Assembly (NCBI GenBank): GCA_038087875.1 | Contig: CM075996.1 | Coordinates: 4,900,001-4,964,000, forward strand | Direction of reading: 5' to 3' | DNA length: 64,000 bases | DNA from: Malacoraja senta | Lineage: Eukaryota | Shown: in pieces, positions 61,616 through 64,000 of the stretch | Position numbering within the stretch: position 1 is the stretch's first letter | Layout of the letters: every line of letters begins with the position of its first letter | Notes under the pieces: model-generated | The model's input: only the letters and a program-made list of their open reading frames with translations | What the model was told of the DNA's origin: nothing | The model's database searches: none | Made by a program: the position numbers and the translations under genes

Positions 61616-63556
61616 TACCTCCTTACACACACTGCCGTTTAAAACAGTACAGCTGAAACACATGCCAAAAATTACCAGCAGATCTCAGAGTTCAGCAAGA
61701 GGGAGAATACTTCAGGTACTGCAGTAGTACCTTTGTATTGTGACATTTTCATGCAAGAAATAGGTAATGCGAATCATCGTAGCTGGCTTAAATGAATATA
61801 AAATATAATAAGAATACAAGAGGGCACATCCAGTGTTATGTTTTATGGAAGTGCAATGGTAGTTCTTTTTACAAGAACATAACAATTTAAAACATTATCG
61901 AGGCTTCATATCTTATTACATTCAGACTTAGAAATCCTAAGAAACCCATGAGTATGGTTTTACACTTTAAAAGCCGGAATTAATCTTTGTATCTTAAGTG
62001 GACCAATGTGTGCTAGCCAGGTTTAAGTTGCTCAAAGCAACTTCCATTTCAGCGTTCTGATGTTCAGTTGGTTTAAAATGTAAATTACAGAATAGAATCG
62101 AACCCGGGTCTCCAGCACTGCAAGGCAACAACTATACCTTTGCACCACTGTGCCGCCACTGCAGCCTCTTGGTTCAAGATCTCCATGACAATGATGAAGC
62201 AAGGTATATTTCCCAGTCAAACAGTCGGCATGCTTTTAGTTGTGGTATCTCAACCCCCCCCAAAGCTAAGATAGAAATGTCTTCGGCTCGGGAAGCAGTA
62301 TATCCTTTGATTTCGGTCTCTGCACCAATGCCCAAGATGGGAGATTTATTTTAGTTTTGAGCGTCAAGTCTTTCCCAAGAGGGGCAGATTAAATTGTTAA
62401 TAATGCGAAACATGACACCAACCTGTCGGAAAGGCGTCTTTTTGTTTAACTGTGGTAAATCAGAATTAGTTGAGAAACTTAGTATGGAATGAAGGCTCAA
62501 TGATTTCAACATGTGTTTTAAGCTTTTTTGATTTAAACCATTTGGGTTTAAATGTGGAATGGGTATTCAAGTGTTCAGGGCCGTGAGATGCGTTGGATCA
62601 GCAATAGAATGGTACATAATTTCCCTAGGTGAAGGGACAGATTGACAACACATGATTTCTGATTGACACTCATGTGAACCATTCCTCAAATGTAACCACA
62701 TAAACCAGTTTGTGATATTTCTGTTACTCTCTTTGCAGACACTACTACAGGAGTACTGGAATGTATGAGCAAATTTAGATTCAGTTGCATCTCACAATCA
62801 AACAGTATGCCATCTATGCTTTCCTTTGTTAAAATACAGGTACTGTAGCTAATTGTTGGTCCTGTCAGCTTGCAGGCTGTGAACATGAACACAGTCCACT
62901 CATTTCCAAATGAGCATTGGGTATTAACAAATGATAGAGTTGGGCCACCAAAGTATCACAGAGCTGCTACTCGTATTTAACTAACTAGAAATCAAACTTC
63001 TGACCTTAGAAGACAGGCCAGTGTTTATTGTGGCATTTGATAAAATGAAATTTAAAAAACCCCACCAAGTTCCACAGAACTTCTGCCCGAATACATGAAT
63101 ACCAAACTTTGGCCAAGTGGGTGGATAGCGGGTGTATCAAGTACATCAGGCGAGAAGAAATTCTGGAAGCTCAGACATTTCAGTAGCTCTATTTGGAAAT
63201 ACTTAAGAGATACTTTTTGTGATCAGAATCAAATGGTTAACAAAACAGAATTTAAAGTCAATGCTTGAAAGGGAGACTCGTTGCCCTCTACCCCATGGGA
63301 ATTCCCAACAGCATTACTGAAGTCCCCAGAACAGCACAACAGATGGTAATCTCTCAAACTACCAGATCTAGTGTAATTTCCCAGACTTGGGCACATGGGA
63401 AGAGGTATCATTTATTTTCTCAAGCTTAATTTTGCCTTCTTTAATCGACTTCTCACATGCCATTTTTCCATGGCAGGACCCTTTGTTGGGGCACCAACTG
63501 ATGGTGTCCACAGTGCACTGCAGTTTTGATATTGAATGAATAAGATCACAACTTAC

Positions 63557-63724
63557 ATCAGTGCTCTCACTGGAAGTGTTATTTTCCTCTCGCTTACGCT
63601 CCTCTTCCTCTTGCTCCAACTCTTTGATACTTTCCTCCAACACATTGGGCCAAAAGTCACCTTCAAAATACGGCAGCTCTTTTGCACTGGTCAGTCTGTC
63701 TTCTGTTGCCTGCTTAAATATGTC
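63557..63724 (-). CDS. EP300: EP300 exon (HAT domain)
   Basis: DIFKQATEDRLTSAKELPYFEGDFWPNVLEESIKELEQEEEERKREENNTSSESTD|GTAAGT; 168 nt. The gene continues past the right edge. Confidence 0.96.
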
Positions 63725-64000
63725 CTGTGAGAGAAAAGTACATTGCAAGTTCCTCAATCACGCATTGTATTATTTAGTAAGATCACAGGGGCAGAAACAA
63801 GGAACTGCAGATGGTGGTGGACAAAAAAAAGACAAAGTGCTGCAGTAACTCAGCAGGTCAGGCAGCATCTCTGGAGAACATGGATGGGTGTCCTTTTGTG
63901 CTTCTTCAGATCCGATCCGAAACATCATCTATCCATGTTCTCCAGAGATGCTGCTTGACCCACTGAGTTACTCCAGCACCCTGTGTCCTTTACATGATTA

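Noticed and set aside
54104..63724. Assignment as CREBBP
   Set aside because: C-terminus (DLGL..DN...TLDIL), RKREEN and KKTSKNKSSLSRGNKKKPGMP are p300-type, and the neighbours RBX1/XPNPEP3/ST13 match the EP300 locus.

Overview
Vertebrate genomic DNA, most likely a cartilaginous fish (skate/ray-like; inferred from HE1-type V-SINEs and the repeat landscape). Gene content: 5' end of ST13 (minus; coding exons 1-2) head-to-head with XPNPEP3 (plus; coding exons 2-10 located, exon 1 unresolved), complete RBX1 (plus; 5 exons, 109 aa), a solitary tRNA-Gln(CTG), and the last four coding exons plus 3'UTR of EP300 (minus, convergent on RBX1, opposite to the human arrangement). Introns and intergenic DNA hold Rex1/Babar, CR1, L1 and Penelope-like retroelement fragments, V-SINEs, Deu-SINE-like relics, two Tc1 IR/DR elements and several MITEs. 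The most notable hidden structure is a dispersed family of short (about 90-220 bp) elements derived from the Penelope terminal repeat. They carry a minimal type-I hammerhead-ribozyme motif (CUGANGA-stem-GAAA-CG-UH), often as inverted pairs, and sit between 9-15 bp target-site duplications, resembling retrozymes. Coordinates were read by hand; repeat boundaries are approximate and family names come from recalled motifs, not database searches.
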